The notes under the pieces were generated by a model that saw only the letters and a program-made list of their open reading frames with translations, had not been told where the DNA came from and ran no database searches. The translations under genes were made by a program, and so were the position numbers. A stretch of 64,000 nucleotides of DNA, from contig JBKAGP010000001.1 of assembly GCA_046290465.1 (NCBI GenBank), positions 1,888,001 through 1,952,000 on the forward strand, in the 5' to 3' direction. Positions 54,828-64,000 of the stretch are shown here, piece by piece (the first letter of the stretch is position 1; each line of letters begins with the position of its first letter). The DNA is from Planctomycetota bacterium (lineage in GTDB: Bacteria; Planctomycetota; UBA1135; UBA2386).

Positions 54828-55417
54828 GGCGTCACCTCCGGCAGCAGGTTCTTCAGGCGTTCGCGCAGCATCGCCATGCCGCGCGTCAGGTTGACCCGCA
54901 CCGAGCCGTGCGTCATGCCGGTGCGCGCGGCGATCTCGGCCCCCGACAGGCCGGAGACCAGCCGCAGCAGCAGCGGCTCGCGGTAGGCCTCGGGCAGCTG
55001 CTGCACGGCCTCGAACACGCGCTCGGTGGTCTCGCTGGCCTCGGCCGCGTCGGCCGGCGACGCCGCCGCCTCGTCCGGCATCGCGTGGCGCGCGTCGTCC
55101 GGGATCGCGCGCGGAGCGCGCTGGTCGCGACGCAGCAGGTCGCGGGACGCGTTGCGGGCGCTGGTGCACAGGAACCCGGCGAAGGCGCCGGGATCACGGA
55201 GTCGGGAGAGCGAGGCGAACACGGTGCAGAACACGTCCTGGGTGACGTCGTCGGCCGACTGGCGGCCCACATGGGCGAGCGCGATCGCGTGCACCGTCGG
55301 CGCGAACTCCTCGTACAGCGCCGCCCGCGCGGCGCGGTCGCCGAGCTGGGCCTTCGGCACGAGCGCGCGCCAGGCGGGCTCGTGGTCCGAAGCGGGTTCG
55401 CCGACGCGTTCGGCCAT
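54824..55417 (-). CDS. ECF RNA polymerase sigma factor
   Basis: ADDVTQDVF, QLPEAYREPLLL, EIAARTG...GSVRVNLTRG; alternative start 55426. Confidence 0.92.
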   Translation of the reverse strand: MAERVGEPASDHEPAWRALVPKAQLGDRAARAALYEEFAPTVHAIALAHVGRQSADDVTQDVFCTVFASLSRLRDPGAFAGFLCTSARNASRDLLRRDQRAPRAIPDDARHAMPDEAAASPADAAEASETTERVFEAVQQLPEAYREPLLLRLVSGLSGAEIAARTGMTHGSVRVNLTRGMAMLRERLKNLLPEVTP

Positions 55418-55428
55418 GCGCGGCATTG

Positions 55429-55454
55429 GACGCGGGCGCGCGGCGGCTGTTAAC
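55429..55454 (-). promoter_or_regulatory. Putative ECF-type (autoregulatory) promoter
   Basis: GTTAAC-N16-CGTC directly upstream of the ECF gene, matching the generic AAC/CGT ECF pattern. Confidence 0.55.
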
Positions 55455-55498
55455 GAACTTTCGTGCGTTCGGCCGGCTCCGGTAGCGGAGCGCTTCGC

Positions 55499-55942
55499 CT
55501 ACACCGACGGCGACTCGAGCTGCAGCGGCGGCGCCGACGGCACCAGGAAGAAGCGGCCGATCGCGACCTCGAAGCGCGAGCCGTCGTCGCGCTCGAACAT
55601 GTAGGTGCCTTCCATCGTGCCCCACGACGTCTGCAGCGGGCAGTAGCTGATGTAGCTGTAGCTCTCGCCGACCTCGAGCTGCGGGTACTCGCCGACCACG
55701 CCGCGGCCGCGGACCTCTTCGCGATGGCCCTCGCCGTCGACGATGATCCAGTGCCGCGACAGCAGCCGCGCCCGCTCTTCGCCGACGTTGCTCATCGTGA
55801 TCTTGTAGCGGAACACGTAGCTCTGCTGCGGCTCGGCGCCCGGGTCGCGGAACTCCTGCGGGAGCACCTCCTGCGGCATGTACTCGGCGGCCGCGTAGAC
55901 GCGGATGCCGGCGGTGGTCGTGTCCGAGTGCGGGTTGCTCAT
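55499..55942 (-). CDS. apaG: ApaG/CorD protein
   Basis: YKITMSN, LLSRHWIIVDG, GRGVVGEYP, GTMEGTY. Confidence 0.92.
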   Translation of the reverse strand: MSNPHSDTTTAGIRVYAAAEYMPQEVLPQEFRDPGAEPQQSYVFRYKITMSNVGEERARLLSRHWIIVDGEGHREEVRGRGVVGEYPQLEVGESYSYISYCPLQTSWGTMEGTYMFERDDGSRFEVAIGRFFLVPSAPPLQLESPSV

Positions 55943-56021
55943 GGGGTGGCTCGTTGGGCGAGACGGCGAACCGGAGGATAGGGCGGGTTCGTGGAAATGC
56001 GAGGGGCCTCGCGGATCGCGC

Positions 56022-56405
56022 CTTGTGGCCGTGCGGCTTGCCGCCCTTCTTGAACTTGAGCTTGGTCTCGCCACCGGTCAGCACGAAGGCCTCGCCGGCG
56101 AGCTTGCCGGTCCACGACTCGGCCGCGTTGCCGTCGAGGATCTTGCCGCGGATCGTCAGTGCCATCGTCTTCTCGTCGAACTCGACGGTGGCCGACGGGT
56201 GCGAGTGCGACTCGTCCTCGCGCGGACGGCCGTGCACGCTCAGCTGCTTGCCGTCGTGCGAGAACGTCAGCGTCATGCCCTTCTGGTCCTCGGGCAGGAC
56301 CTCGGACCAGTTGCCGGCGAGCGGGCTCTTGGGACCTTCATCGGCGGCGCTGCAGGCGCCGAGGGCGAGCAGCGTGGAGAGAGCGAGGGTGTGGAGGGTC
56401 TTCAT
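56022..56405 (-). CDS. Small beta-rich lipoprotein; apparent stop-codon loss at the 3' end
   Basis: Lipobox LGAC; LAGNW; coding-like until KPHGH, then reads through apaG in another frame; end coordinate inferred. Confidence 0.6.
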
Positions 56406-56486
56406 CGCGCCTTGCATTCTGCAACGGACGCGGCGAGTTGGAAGCCCCACCGCCGTGGAATGGTTCGCCAGCCGCGACCACGGCGC

Positions 56487-57001
56487 TCAGCGGCGCCGGC
56501 GGAACACCATCCGGATCCATACGCCCTGCCGCTCCTCTTCGACGATCAGCGTATCCCCCAGGTGCTGCAGCAGCTGCACCAAGGGCAGGCGGTCCGGATC
56601 GGCCCCCGGATCGCCCCCCGGATCGGCGGGCGCCGGATCGACGGTCGTCAGCGTCACCTTGTCGCCGTCCAGGGTCCAGCGGCCGCGGCCCTCGTCGACC
56701 TGCACGCTGCCGTCCGCAGCCGGCACCCCGCGCGACCAGGACGCCGAGCCGTCGGCCCGCAGGTCGTAGGATCCGGTCACCTCGGCCGCCTTCTGCGCCA
56801 CCAGCGCAACGACCTCGGGCCGTTCGCGGGCTGCCTCCGGCAGCAGCTGCAGCAGCTGCGCCGCCAGCCCGCTGCGTTCGCCGTCAAAGCGATAGACCCC
56901 CACCGCCGGCCCCAGCTCCTCCCCCCACAACCGCCCGCCAGCACGGCAACCGCCGCAACCAGGAGTACCGACCCCGACCACCGCCTGCGCCGCCCCTTCA
57001 T
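56487..57001 (-). pseudogene. Small lipoprotein split by a frameshift in a G6 run (real or assembly error)
   Basis: Signal MKGRRRR...VLAGGC in one frame, mature domain GEELGPAVGVYRFDG in another; junction at 56921-56926. Confidence 0.65.
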
Positions 57002-57014
57002 GCTCCAAGCCTGC

Positions 57015-57056
57015 CAGACAACCGGGTCCGAGAGACAGACAACCGGGTCCGAGAGA
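57015..57056. repeat. Perfect 21-bp tandem duplication (cagacaaccgggtccgagaga x2)
   Basis: Read directly; degenerate third copy near 57068-57087. Confidence 0.9.
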
Positions 57057-57092
57057 TTGGTGCCGCGCACGACTGGTTCCGGGACAAGACCA

Positions 57093-57950
57093 CTAGCCGG
57101 CGAGTTCGGGAACGGGCTCGACGGCGACGATGTGGCCCTTGTCGTCCTTGGCGAGCGCGCAGGCGGAGACCTGCGGATCGTGCGTGAAGAACAGGCGGCC
57201 GCGGCGGGCCTCGAGGTCGGCGAGCAGCGCGGACTTCTCGTCGATCAGCTTTTCCGGGTAGCGGTCGTAGCCCATCGTGATCGCGCGACGCACCCACGGA
57301 ACACCCGGGATCAGGTCGGCGCAGAACACGATCGGGCCGTCGTCGGTCGCGATCTCGCACAGCAGCATGCCCGGCGTGTGGCCATCGCTCTGGTGCATGC
57401 GGTAGCCGTCGCCGAGCGTCTCGCTGCGCGCACCGGCCACGCGTTCGAGCCGCCCGGTCGCCTCGAGCAGGCCCGGCAGCTCGGGGATGAAGCTCTTGCG
57501 ATCGCGCGGGTGCGGCTGCAGCGCGCGCTGCCAGGCCTGCTCCCCGACCACGTAGCGGGCGTTGCCGAACACCAGTTCGGGCAGCCGATCGTCCCGGTGC
57601 GCGGCCAGCACGCCACCGGCGTGGTCGAAGTGCAGGTGCGACAACACCACGACGTCGACCTGTTCGGGCGCGACCCCGAGCGCCGCCAGGTTGTCGAGCA
57701 GCACGTGCTGCGACTCCTGCACCCCGAAGCGTTCGCGCAGCGCCGGCGGGAAGAACGCGCCGATGCCGGCCTCGAACAGGATCGTGCGATCGCCGTCCTG
57801 CACCAGCAGGCACCGGCAGGCGAGGTCGATGCGGTTGTGCTCGTCGGCCGGCGCCCACTGCTGCCACATCGCCTTCGGCGCGTTGCCGAACATCGAACCG
57901 CCGTCGAGCTTCTGCGAGTTGCCGAGCACCGAGTAGAGCCTGCGCGCCAT
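57093..57950 (-). CDS. MBL-fold metallo-hydrolase (YtnP-like)
   Basis: [27 protein letters not shown]. Confidence 0.9.
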   Translation of the reverse strand: MARRLYSVLGNSQKLDGGSMFGNAPKAMWQQWAPADEHNRIDLACRCLLVQDGDRTILFEAGIGAFFPPALRERFGVQESQHVLLDNLAALGVAPEQVDVVVLSHLHFDHAGGVLAAHRDDRLPELVFGNARYVVGEQAWQRALQPHPRDRKSFIPELPGLLEATGRLERVAGARSETLGDGYRMHQSDGHTPGMLLCEIATDDGPIVFCADLIPGVPWVRRAITMGYDRYPEKLIDEKSALLADLEARRGRLFFTHDPQVSACALAKDDKGHIVAVEPVPELAG

Positions 57951-59011
57951 CAGTTGGCCTCCTTGCGCACGCGCGTCAGGATGCGGCGCGTCACGTCGCC
58001 GAGCTTAACCCGTTCGAGGTTGCACATCACCACGACCCCGATCCGCCGCTCGGGCAGCATCAGCAGCATCGTGCTGACCCGCGACTGCGCGCCGCTGTGT
58101 CCGATCAACGGCTCGCCGCCGAGTTCGCGCACGGTGAACCCCATGCCGTAGCCGGTCGCCTCGCCGTCGCTGGTCCGCTGCGACGTCCACATCGTCGCCA
58201 GCGTCTCGTCGGACACCAGCCTGCCGGCCATCAGCGCCTGCGCGAACCGCGCCAGATCCGGAGCCGAACTGCACAGGCCACCGCCCCCGAGCTTGTAGCT
58301 GCTGTCCATCAGCTGGCTGTTCTGCAGCCGCCCACCGCGCAGCACGTAGCCCTGCGCCCGGTGCCGGATGATCCGCCGCTGGTCGTCGTCCTGCAGCGAC
58401 GGCGCGCCCGACGGCGCGGCGATGTGCTTCGCCAGCACACTGGCGAACGACCGGTCGTGCACCGTCTCCACCACCGCCGCGACCAGGTTGAACCCGTAGG
58501 TGCTGTAGCGGTACTTGCTGCCCGGCTCGTGCAGCAGCGGATCGCTCGCGAACCGTTCGAGCCCCTGACGCTGGTTGGGGTAGTGCCGGGTGCTCTCGCC
58601 CTCGCGCAGGTAGTGCCGCACGCCGCCGAGGTGGCCGAGCAGCTGCCGGGTGGTCACCGGCCAGCGCTTCTTCGGCCATTCCTCGACCAGGCCGTGCACG
58701 TCGCGGTCGAGATCCAGGCGCCCCTGCTCGGCCAGCTGCAGCGCCAGCACCGCGGCGACCGGCTTGGAGATCGATGCCAGCCGGTAGACGGTGTGCTCGG
58801 TCGCCGGCACGTCGTTCTCGACGTCGCTCAGGCCGAAGCCTCGGCTGTACAGAAGCTGGTCACCGCCGACGACGGCGCACGACAGGCCCGGGATCCGATC
58901 GGCGGCGATCTTGGCCTCGAGCAGCTGCGTGACGTCGCGTTCGAGGTCGGTCTGGGCATGGCCGAGGGCGGCCAGCAGGAACGGAACCAGCAGACGGAAA
59001 GGCATTGCCAT
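57950..59011 (-). CDS. Exported beta-lactamase-family serine hydrolase
   Basis: ASISK, YST, GHSG motifs; signal peptide GHA-Q. Confidence 0.9.
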   Translation of the reverse strand: MAMPFRLLVPFLLAALGHAQTDLERDVTQLLEAKIAADRIPGLSCAVVGGDQLLYSRGFGLSDVENDVPATEHTVYRLASISKPVAAVLALQLAEQGRLDLDRDVHGLVEEWPKKRWPVTTRQLLGHLGGVRHYLREGESTRHYPNQRQGLERFASDPLLHEPGSKYRYSTYGFNLVAAVVETVHDRSFASVLAKHIAAPSGAPSLQDDDQRRIIRHRAQGYVLRGGRLQNSQLMDSSYKLGGGGLCSSAPDLARFAQALMAGRLVSDETLATMWTSQRTSDGEATGYGMGFTVRELGGEPLIGHSGAQSRVSTMLLMLPERRIGVVVMCNLERVKLGDVTRRILTRVRKEAN

Positions 59012-59129
59012 GGATGGTCGGGTCGGGGCGTTCCCCGACGCGGGGCAACCATACGGAATGCGCCTCCGTCCCCTGCTGAATATCCCTCAACCGGCGGGCC
59101 GTCGCAGGCCGATCCCAGGGAGACCGCCA

Positions 59130-60161
59130 ATGCTACGAGCCATCCTCAACCACGTGCTTCTCCCGACCGCGCCCGCCGCCATGGCGACCGCCCTCGGCTG
59201 GCCCGCCTTCGGGGTCCAGGGCCGCACCGCGCTGATCGCGGCGATCCTCGGCAGCATCGCCGTCGGCGTCTGGCAACTGCTGCGCGAGCGCCGCCGCCAG
59301 GACGAGCTCGGGCAGATGACCCAGAACGCCCGGCAGCTGGCCAACGGCACGGACCTCGGCAGCGCGAGCTGGACGTTTGCAACCAGCGGCGAACTGCAGC
59401 AGCTCAACGCCCAGCTGCAGGGCCTGGTGCAGAGCGCCGCATCGGCCGTCGCGGCGGCCCGCGCCGAGGCCGGCAGCGCCGGGGACCTCGCGACCGGCCT
59501 GCAGGTCGGCGAGGCCGAGGGCGAACGCGCCCGCAACCTCGAGCACCTGACCAACCTGCAGTCGATCTCCGCCGCGCTCGAGGAGATGACCACGATCGTC
59601 ACCGAGACCGCCCGCAGCGCCGGCGACGCCAGCGAGCTGGCGCAGAGCGCCGAGAGCGTCGCGACCAACGGTTCGCAGTCGATGCAGCGCATGGTCGAGG
59701 CCATGGGCGAGATCGAGACCTCGTCGACCGAGATCTCGCGCATCATCAAGGTGATCGACGACATCGCGTTCCAGACCAACCTGCTGGCGCTCAACGCCGC
59801 GGTCGAAGCCGCGCGCGCCGGCGAGGCCGGCAAGGGCTTCGCCGTCGTCGCCGAAGAGGTGCGCAGCCTCGCGCAGCGCAGCGCCGAGGCGGCCAAGAAC
59901 ACCTCGGCCCTGATCGCGGCCGCCAGCCAGCGCGCCCAGCGCGGCAGCCAGCTGTCGCAGGAAGTCGACGGCATGCTGGTCGAGATCGTCGAGGCGACCA
60001 CCCGCTTCACCAGCCTGGTCACCCAGATCGCCACCAGCACCAAGGAACAGTCGGACGGCATCCAGCAGGTCACCCGCAGCGTCGGCGAACTGCAGGCCGC
60101 CGGCATGCGCGGCACCGCGACGACCACCGACCTCGGCGGCGACTTCTCGTTCGGCGACTGA
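59130..60161 (+). CDS. Methyl-accepting chemotaxis protein
   Basis: [40 protein letters not shown]. Confidence 0.92.
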   Translation: MLRAILNHVLLPTAPAAMATALGWPAFGVQGRTALIAAILGSIAVGVWQLLRERRRQDELGQMTQNARQLANGTDLGSASWTFATSGELQQLNAQLQGLVQSAASAVAAARAEAGSAGDLATGLQVGEAEGERARNLEHLTNLQSISAALEEMTTIVTETARSAGDASELAQSAESVATNGSQSMQRMVEAMGEIETSSTEISRIIKVIDDIAFQTNLLALNAAVEAARAGEAGKGFAVVAEEVRSLAQRSAEAAKNTSALIAAASQRAQRGSQLSQEVDGMLVEIVEATTRFTSLVTQIATSTKEQSDGIQQVTRSVGELQAAGMRGTATTTDLGGDFSFGD

Positions 60162-60206
60162 CCCCTGGCGATTGCGTCGCGGCGGTCTGAAGGGCACGCT
60201 CGACGC

Positions 60207-60707
60207 ATGACCGCCACCGAGTCCCTGCAACCACCGAGCCGCCTCGCTCCGCGCGTGGTGCCGTACTGGATCCTCGGGGACGGCCTGACGTCGATCGTGC
60301 TGGCGGCGCTGCTCTGGTTCCTCGGCCGGCCGTGGCTGGCCGACAACTGGGAGCAGTGGTCCCCCGCCTGGGAGAACGCGCTGCTCGGCCTCTGCGCCGG
60401 CATGCTGGGCCTGGCGCTGCTGATCCCGCCGCTCAACTACGCGCGCTGGCGCTACGGCTTCGTCGGCGACCTGCTGCTGATGCGCTACGGGATCCTGTTC
60501 GTCGAAGAACGCGCCGTGCCGGTCCGACGCATGCAGCACGTCGACCTGTCCCGCGGCCCGATCGAACGGCTGTTCGGACTGGCGACGCTGGTCGTGTTCA
60601 CCGCCGGCAACGAGGGCTCGGCGTTCCGTGTGCCGGGCCTGCCGGTCCAGCTGGCCCAGGAGCTGCGCGATCGCATCGTGCAGATGCGCGGTGACGGACG
60701 CCTCTGA
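60207..60707 (+). CDS. YdbS-like membrane protein with bacterial PH domain
   Basis: Two TM then RMQHVDLSRGPIERLFGLATLVVFTAG. Confidence 0.85.
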   Translation: MTATESLQPPSRLAPRVVPYWILGDGLTSIVLAALLWFLGRPWLADNWEQWSPAWENALLGLCAGMLGLALLIPPLNYARWRYGFVGDLLLMRYGILFVEERAVPVRRMQHVDLSRGPIERLFGLATLVVFTAGNEGSAFRVPGLPVQLAQELRDRIVQMRGDGRL

Positions 60708-62394
60708 TCCCCCGCCGCTGCCGTCGGACCCCCGCGCTGCGGGGTCCCTGCCGTCAGAAGGGTCCCCGCCGTCAGAAGGGTCCTGGCCGCCGGAAGGGTC
60801 CCTGCCGCCTGCAGGACTGCCGCGCGAGCCCGGGCCGGTCGACGCCGCGAGCCCGCCGTCCCCGGACGCGACCATCCTGGCCCGCGGCCACCTGCACCCG
60901 GCGATCCTGCTGCTGCGGCTGCTCGACGCGCTGCGACAGGTGGTGTTCCCGCTGGTGCTCGGCATCGCGGTCGAACGCTGGTTCCTGGTCGCCGCGCTGG
61001 TGCTGTTCGTGCTGCAGCTCGGCTACTCGGTCGTGCGCTACCTGACGCTCGAGTACACGCTGACCGACGAGGAGCTGCGCATCCGCGAGGGCCTGCTGCA
61101 CCGGCAGGAACGGCGCATCCCGCTCGATCGCATCCAGGATCTCGGCTTCGAGTCGACCATCCTGCGGCGCGCGCTCGGCCTCTCCGTGGTGATGGTCGAG
61201 ACCGCCTCCGGCCGCGGCGTCGAGGCCCGCCTCGACGCGCTGTCGCGCTCGGACGCCGAACACCTGCGCGAGGTGCTGATGGCCGCGCGGCCGGCGTCGG
61301 CACGGCGCAAGACGACCGACGAGCCGGCGGATCCGGACGACGCGTCGCCCGAACGTTCGCCCACGATCGCCGCGCCCGAGGCGGCCACGCCACAGGTCGA
61401 GTGGCTGGTGCACCAGAGCACCACTGGCGAACTGCTGCTGCGCGGCGCCACCGACATGCGGCTCGGCGCGTTCGTGGTCACCGGCTACGCCGCGTTCGAA
61501 CTGGCCGACCGCCTCGGCTTCGTGACCCAGCTCGCCGGCGTCGCCAGCAGCTTCCGCGACTGGCTGTCGTCGCTGCCGCCGGTGCTGATCCTCGGCGTGC
61601 TCGCGGCGCTGCTGTTCACCGTGATGGCGTTCGGCGTGATCACGTCGACGCTCGGCAACCTGGTCCAGTTCCACGGCTTCCACCTGCGGCTGCGCGGCGA
61701 CGTGCTGCAGCGCCGGTTCGGCCTGCTGACCACCCGCCAGAAGACGCTGCCGCGCGCCCGCGTGCAGCGCGTCACCATCGAACAGACCTGGCTGCGGCGC
61801 CTGATCGGCTTCGCCGTGGTCAAGGCCGACTCGGCCGGCGGCAGCCGCACCGACGGCCAGGACGCCACCGGCGGCTGGGACGTGGTCGTGCCGCTGACGC
61901 GCTACGGCACCGCCCACGCGCTGCTGCCGGCGCTGCTGCCGGGCATCGAGCACGCGACGTTCCAGTGGCACCGTGGCTCGCCCAAGCTGATCGCGCGCAC
62001 CGCGGTACAGGGCGTCTTCCTCGCGGCCGTGGTGATCGGCGGCCTGTGGTGGAAGGTCGGTGCGATGGCGCTGTGGGGCCTGCTGCTGGTGCCGCTGTGG
62101 TCGGTGCTCGGCGTGCTGATCTGGCGCAACCTCGGCTGGGCCCGCGGCGACGACTTCTTCGCGCTGCAGCACGGCGTGATCGGCAAGACCTTTGCCTGCG
62201 TGCCGACCGCCAAGGTGCAGGCCGTGGTCGTGCGCCAGGGCATCGTCAGCCAACTGCTCGGCCTCGCCGACCTGACGGTCTACGTCGCCGGCGGCAGCCC
62301 GACCCGCATCCCGGACCTGACCCTGAACGACGCACGGCAGCTGTGCCAGGCGCTCGCCGAACGCGCCGCGCTCGCCGCGGCCGCCGACTGGTAG
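60691..62394 (+). CDS. YdbT-like membrane protein with three bacterial PH domains
   Basis: IPLDRIQ...RRALGL, LPRARVQ...RRLIG, VPTAKVQ...QLLGL repeats; GTG start inferred. Confidence 0.85.
   Translation: MTDASDPPPLPSDPRAAGSLPSEGSPPSEGSWPPEGSLPPAGLPREPGPVDAASPPSPDATILARGHLHPAILLLRLLDALRQVVFPLVLGIAVERWFLVAALVLFVLQLGYSVVRYLTLEYTLTDEELRIREGLLHRQERRIPLDRIQDLGFESTILRRALGLSVVMVETASGRGVEARLDALSRSDAEHLREVLMAARPASARRKTTDEPADPDDASPERSPTIAAPEAATPQVEWLVHQSTTGELLLRGATDMRLGAFVVTGYAAFELADRLGFVTQLAGVASSFRDWLSSLPPVLILGVLAALLFTVMAFGVITSTLGNLVQFHGFHLRLRGDVLQRRFGLLTTRQKTLPRARVQRVTIEQTWLRRLIGFAVVKADSAGGSRTDGQDATGGWDVVVPLTRYGTAHALLPALLPGIEHATFQWHRGSPKLIARTAVQGVFLAAVVIGGLWWKVGAMALWGLLLVPLWSVLGVLIWRNLGWARGDDFFALQHGVIGKTFACVPTAKVQAVVVRQGIVSQLLGLADLTVYVAGGSPTRIPDLTLNDARQLCQALAERAALAAAADW
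60742..60813 (+). repeat. 18-bp coding tandem repeat x4 (GS.P.E peptide)
   Basis: gggtccctgccgtcagaa-like units at the YdbT N-terminus. Confidence 0.85.
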
Positions 62395-62450
62395 GCGCCG
62401 CGTTCCGGACTTTTGGTGCCACCGCTGGCGACTCCGGTCCCCACAACCGT

Positions 62451-63971
62451 GTGCACACCTCCACGATCACGATCGGCTGCGGCATGGTGCAGGGCGTCGA
62501 CGCGGTGCCGGTGCTGGTCGAGGCCACCACGCGCCACGCCGGCGACGGCACGCCGCGGCTGCTCGGCCTCGTCGACACCTGCGTGCGCGAGGCCTACCAC
62601 CGCGTGCTGCAGGCGTTCTACGCGCTCGGACTGCCGTCGCCGCGCGGCGTCACCACCGTCAACTTCGCCCCGGCCTCGCTGAAGAAGCGCGGCAGCGGCT
62701 TCGACCTGCCGCTGGCCCTGGCGCTCGCCGGCGCCGCCGGGCTGTTCCCGCCCGAGCGGGCGCGCGGCCTGTTCGCGTTCGGCGAGATCAGCCTGCGCGG
62801 GGTGGTGCTGCCGGCGCGCGGCGCCGTCAGCGTCGCGCTCGCGGCCCGCCAGCAGCGTGCCTACGCGATGCTGTGCTGCCCCGACGACGCGGTCGATTGC
62901 GCCGTCGTCGACGGCCTGCCGCTGCACGGCGCCGCGACGCTCGCCGATGCGCTGCACTGGCTCGCCGGCCGCCGCGAGCTGCCGCCGACGGAGCCGCCGT
63001 CACCGCCGCCGGGCGGCGCGCCGGCCGCCATCGACCTCGGCGACATCCGCGGCCACGAGACGCCCAAGCTGGCGCTGCAGGTCGCCGCCGCCGGCGGCCA
63101 CAACCTGCTGTTCTCGGGCCCGCCCGGCACCGGCAAGAGCGCGATGCTGCGCCGCCTGCCCGGGCTGCTGCCGCCGCTGACCGCGGACGAACGGCTGGCC
63201 GTGCTGCAGGTGCACGCGGCTGCCGGCCTGCAGGTTCCGGACGACCTGCCGCGACCGCTGCGGGCACCGCACCACACCAGTTCGGCGCAGAGCGTGCTCG
63301 GCGGCGGCGCCGACGTGCGCCCGGGCGAGGTCACGCTCGCGCACCACGGGGTGCTGTTCCTCGACGAGTTGCCCGAGTTCCGTCGCGACGTGCTCGAGGC
63401 GATGCGGCAGCCGCTCGAGGACGGCGCGGTGACCGTCGGCCGCGCGCAGCGCACGATCACGATGCCGGCTCGGTTCCTGCTGACCGCCGCGATGAACCCG
63501 TGCCCGTGTGGCTACCGCGGCCACCGCGACCGGCCGTGCCTGTGCACCCCCGCCGCGTTCGCCCGCTACCGCAACCGCCTGTCCGGCCCGCTGCTCGACC
63601 GCATCGACCTGCGCGTCGAGGTGCCGGCGCTCGGCGCTGCCGAGCTGCGCGCCGACGAGGATCCGCAGCAGACGACCCGTGCTTTGCGCGAGCCGGTGTT
63701 GCTCGCCCACCAGCGGCAGCTGCACCGCAACCGCGACGCCGCCGGCCGCTTCGTGCCCAACGGCCGCCTCGCCGACCGCCTGCTGCACCGCGCGGCGCGC
63801 GCCAGCGACGCCGCCTGGTCCGCGCTCGACGACCTGCTCGAGCGACACCACCAGAGCCCGCGCGGCCGGCTGCGCATCCTGCGCCTCGCACGCACGCTCG
63901 CCGACCTCGACGACCGCGACCGCATCGAGGACCACGACGTCCTGCAGGCAGGCGCGCTGCGGCTCGGATGA
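62451..63971 (+). CDS. comM: YifB/ComM Mg-chelatase-like AAA+ ATPase
   Basis: GSGFDLPLA, GPPGTGKS, RAPHHT, LFLDELPEF, MNPCPCG, LSGPLLDRIDL. Confidence 0.93.
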   Translation: MHTSTITIGCGMVQGVDAVPVLVEATTRHAGDGTPRLLGLVDTCVREAYHRVLQAFYALGLPSPRGVTTVNFAPASLKKRGSGFDLPLALALAGAAGLFPPERARGLFAFGEISLRGVVLPARGAVSVALAARQQRAYAMLCCPDDAVDCAVVDGLPLHGAATLADALHWLAGRRELPPTEPPSPPPGGAPAAIDLGDIRGHETPKLALQVAAAGGHNLLFSGPPGTGKSAMLRRLPGLLPPLTADERLAVLQVHAAAGLQVPDDLPRPLRAPHHTSSAQSVLGGGADVRPGEVTLAHHGVLFLDELPEFRRDVLEAMRQPLEDGAVTVGRAQRTITMPARFLLTAAMNPCPCGYRGHRDRPCLCTPAAFARYRNRLSGPLLDRIDLRVEVPALGAAELRADEDPQQTTRALREPVLLAHQRQLHRNRDAAGRFVPNGRLADRLLHRAARASDAAWSALDDLLERHHQSPRGRLRILRLARTLADLDDRDRIEDHDVLQAGALRLG

Positions 63972-64000
63972 CGGCCCGCGCGGCCGCCGCGATCACTTCG

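Noticed and set aside
57093..59011. MBL-fold and serine hydrolase genes as antibiotic-resistance beta-lactamases
   Set aside because: Motifs (HLHFDH with LDGG.MFG; SxxK/YST/HSG) fit the broad hydrolase families, not class A-D beta-lactamases specifically
62451..63971. comM as a mobile-element insertion hotspot
   Set aside because: The gene is uninterrupted in this window

Overview
Very GC-rich (roughly 70% or more by eye) bacterial chromosomal segment, densely coding, with about 50 CDS and one tRNA-Thr(CGT). Gene content (Ser/Thr kinase-FGE fusion, ECF sigma/FecR pair, HEAT and EF-hand exported proteins) suggests an uncultured Planctomycetota-like organism; this is inference, as no marker gene was examined. 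The left ~17 kb is a peptidoglycan/amino-sugar salvage locus (SGNH esterase, GH3 NagZ fused to an AmiE-like serine hydrolase, nagB, lactonase, HGSNAT/NagX-type acetyltransferase, murQ, Na+/solute symporter, two tandem NamZ paralogues) interrupted by a membrane Ser/Thr kinase with Ig-like and FGE domains. The middle holds a two-component system, EF-hand protein, M14 peptidase, topB, ABC exporter, aldolase/SDR fusion, rluD, HD-GYP regulator, cardiolipin synthase, tRNA, HEAT protein and a sigma-54 activator. The right part has an ECF sigma-FecR-hutH-hutU-halogenase-like-lolA-like run, apaG, two small lipoprotein genes each with a single-base lesion, hydrolases, an MCP, a YdbS/YdbT pair and comM/yifB. 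Window-wide patterns: all 13 predicted Sec/SPI proteins have Gln at +1, several genes have a -10 hexamer 6-8 nt before the start codon (leaderless-type), and short tandem micro-duplications sit at gene ends. No integrase, transposase, CRISPR array or reverse transcriptase was seen. All calls come from reading motifs by eye; no database searches were run, and many start codons are my choice within longer ORFs.
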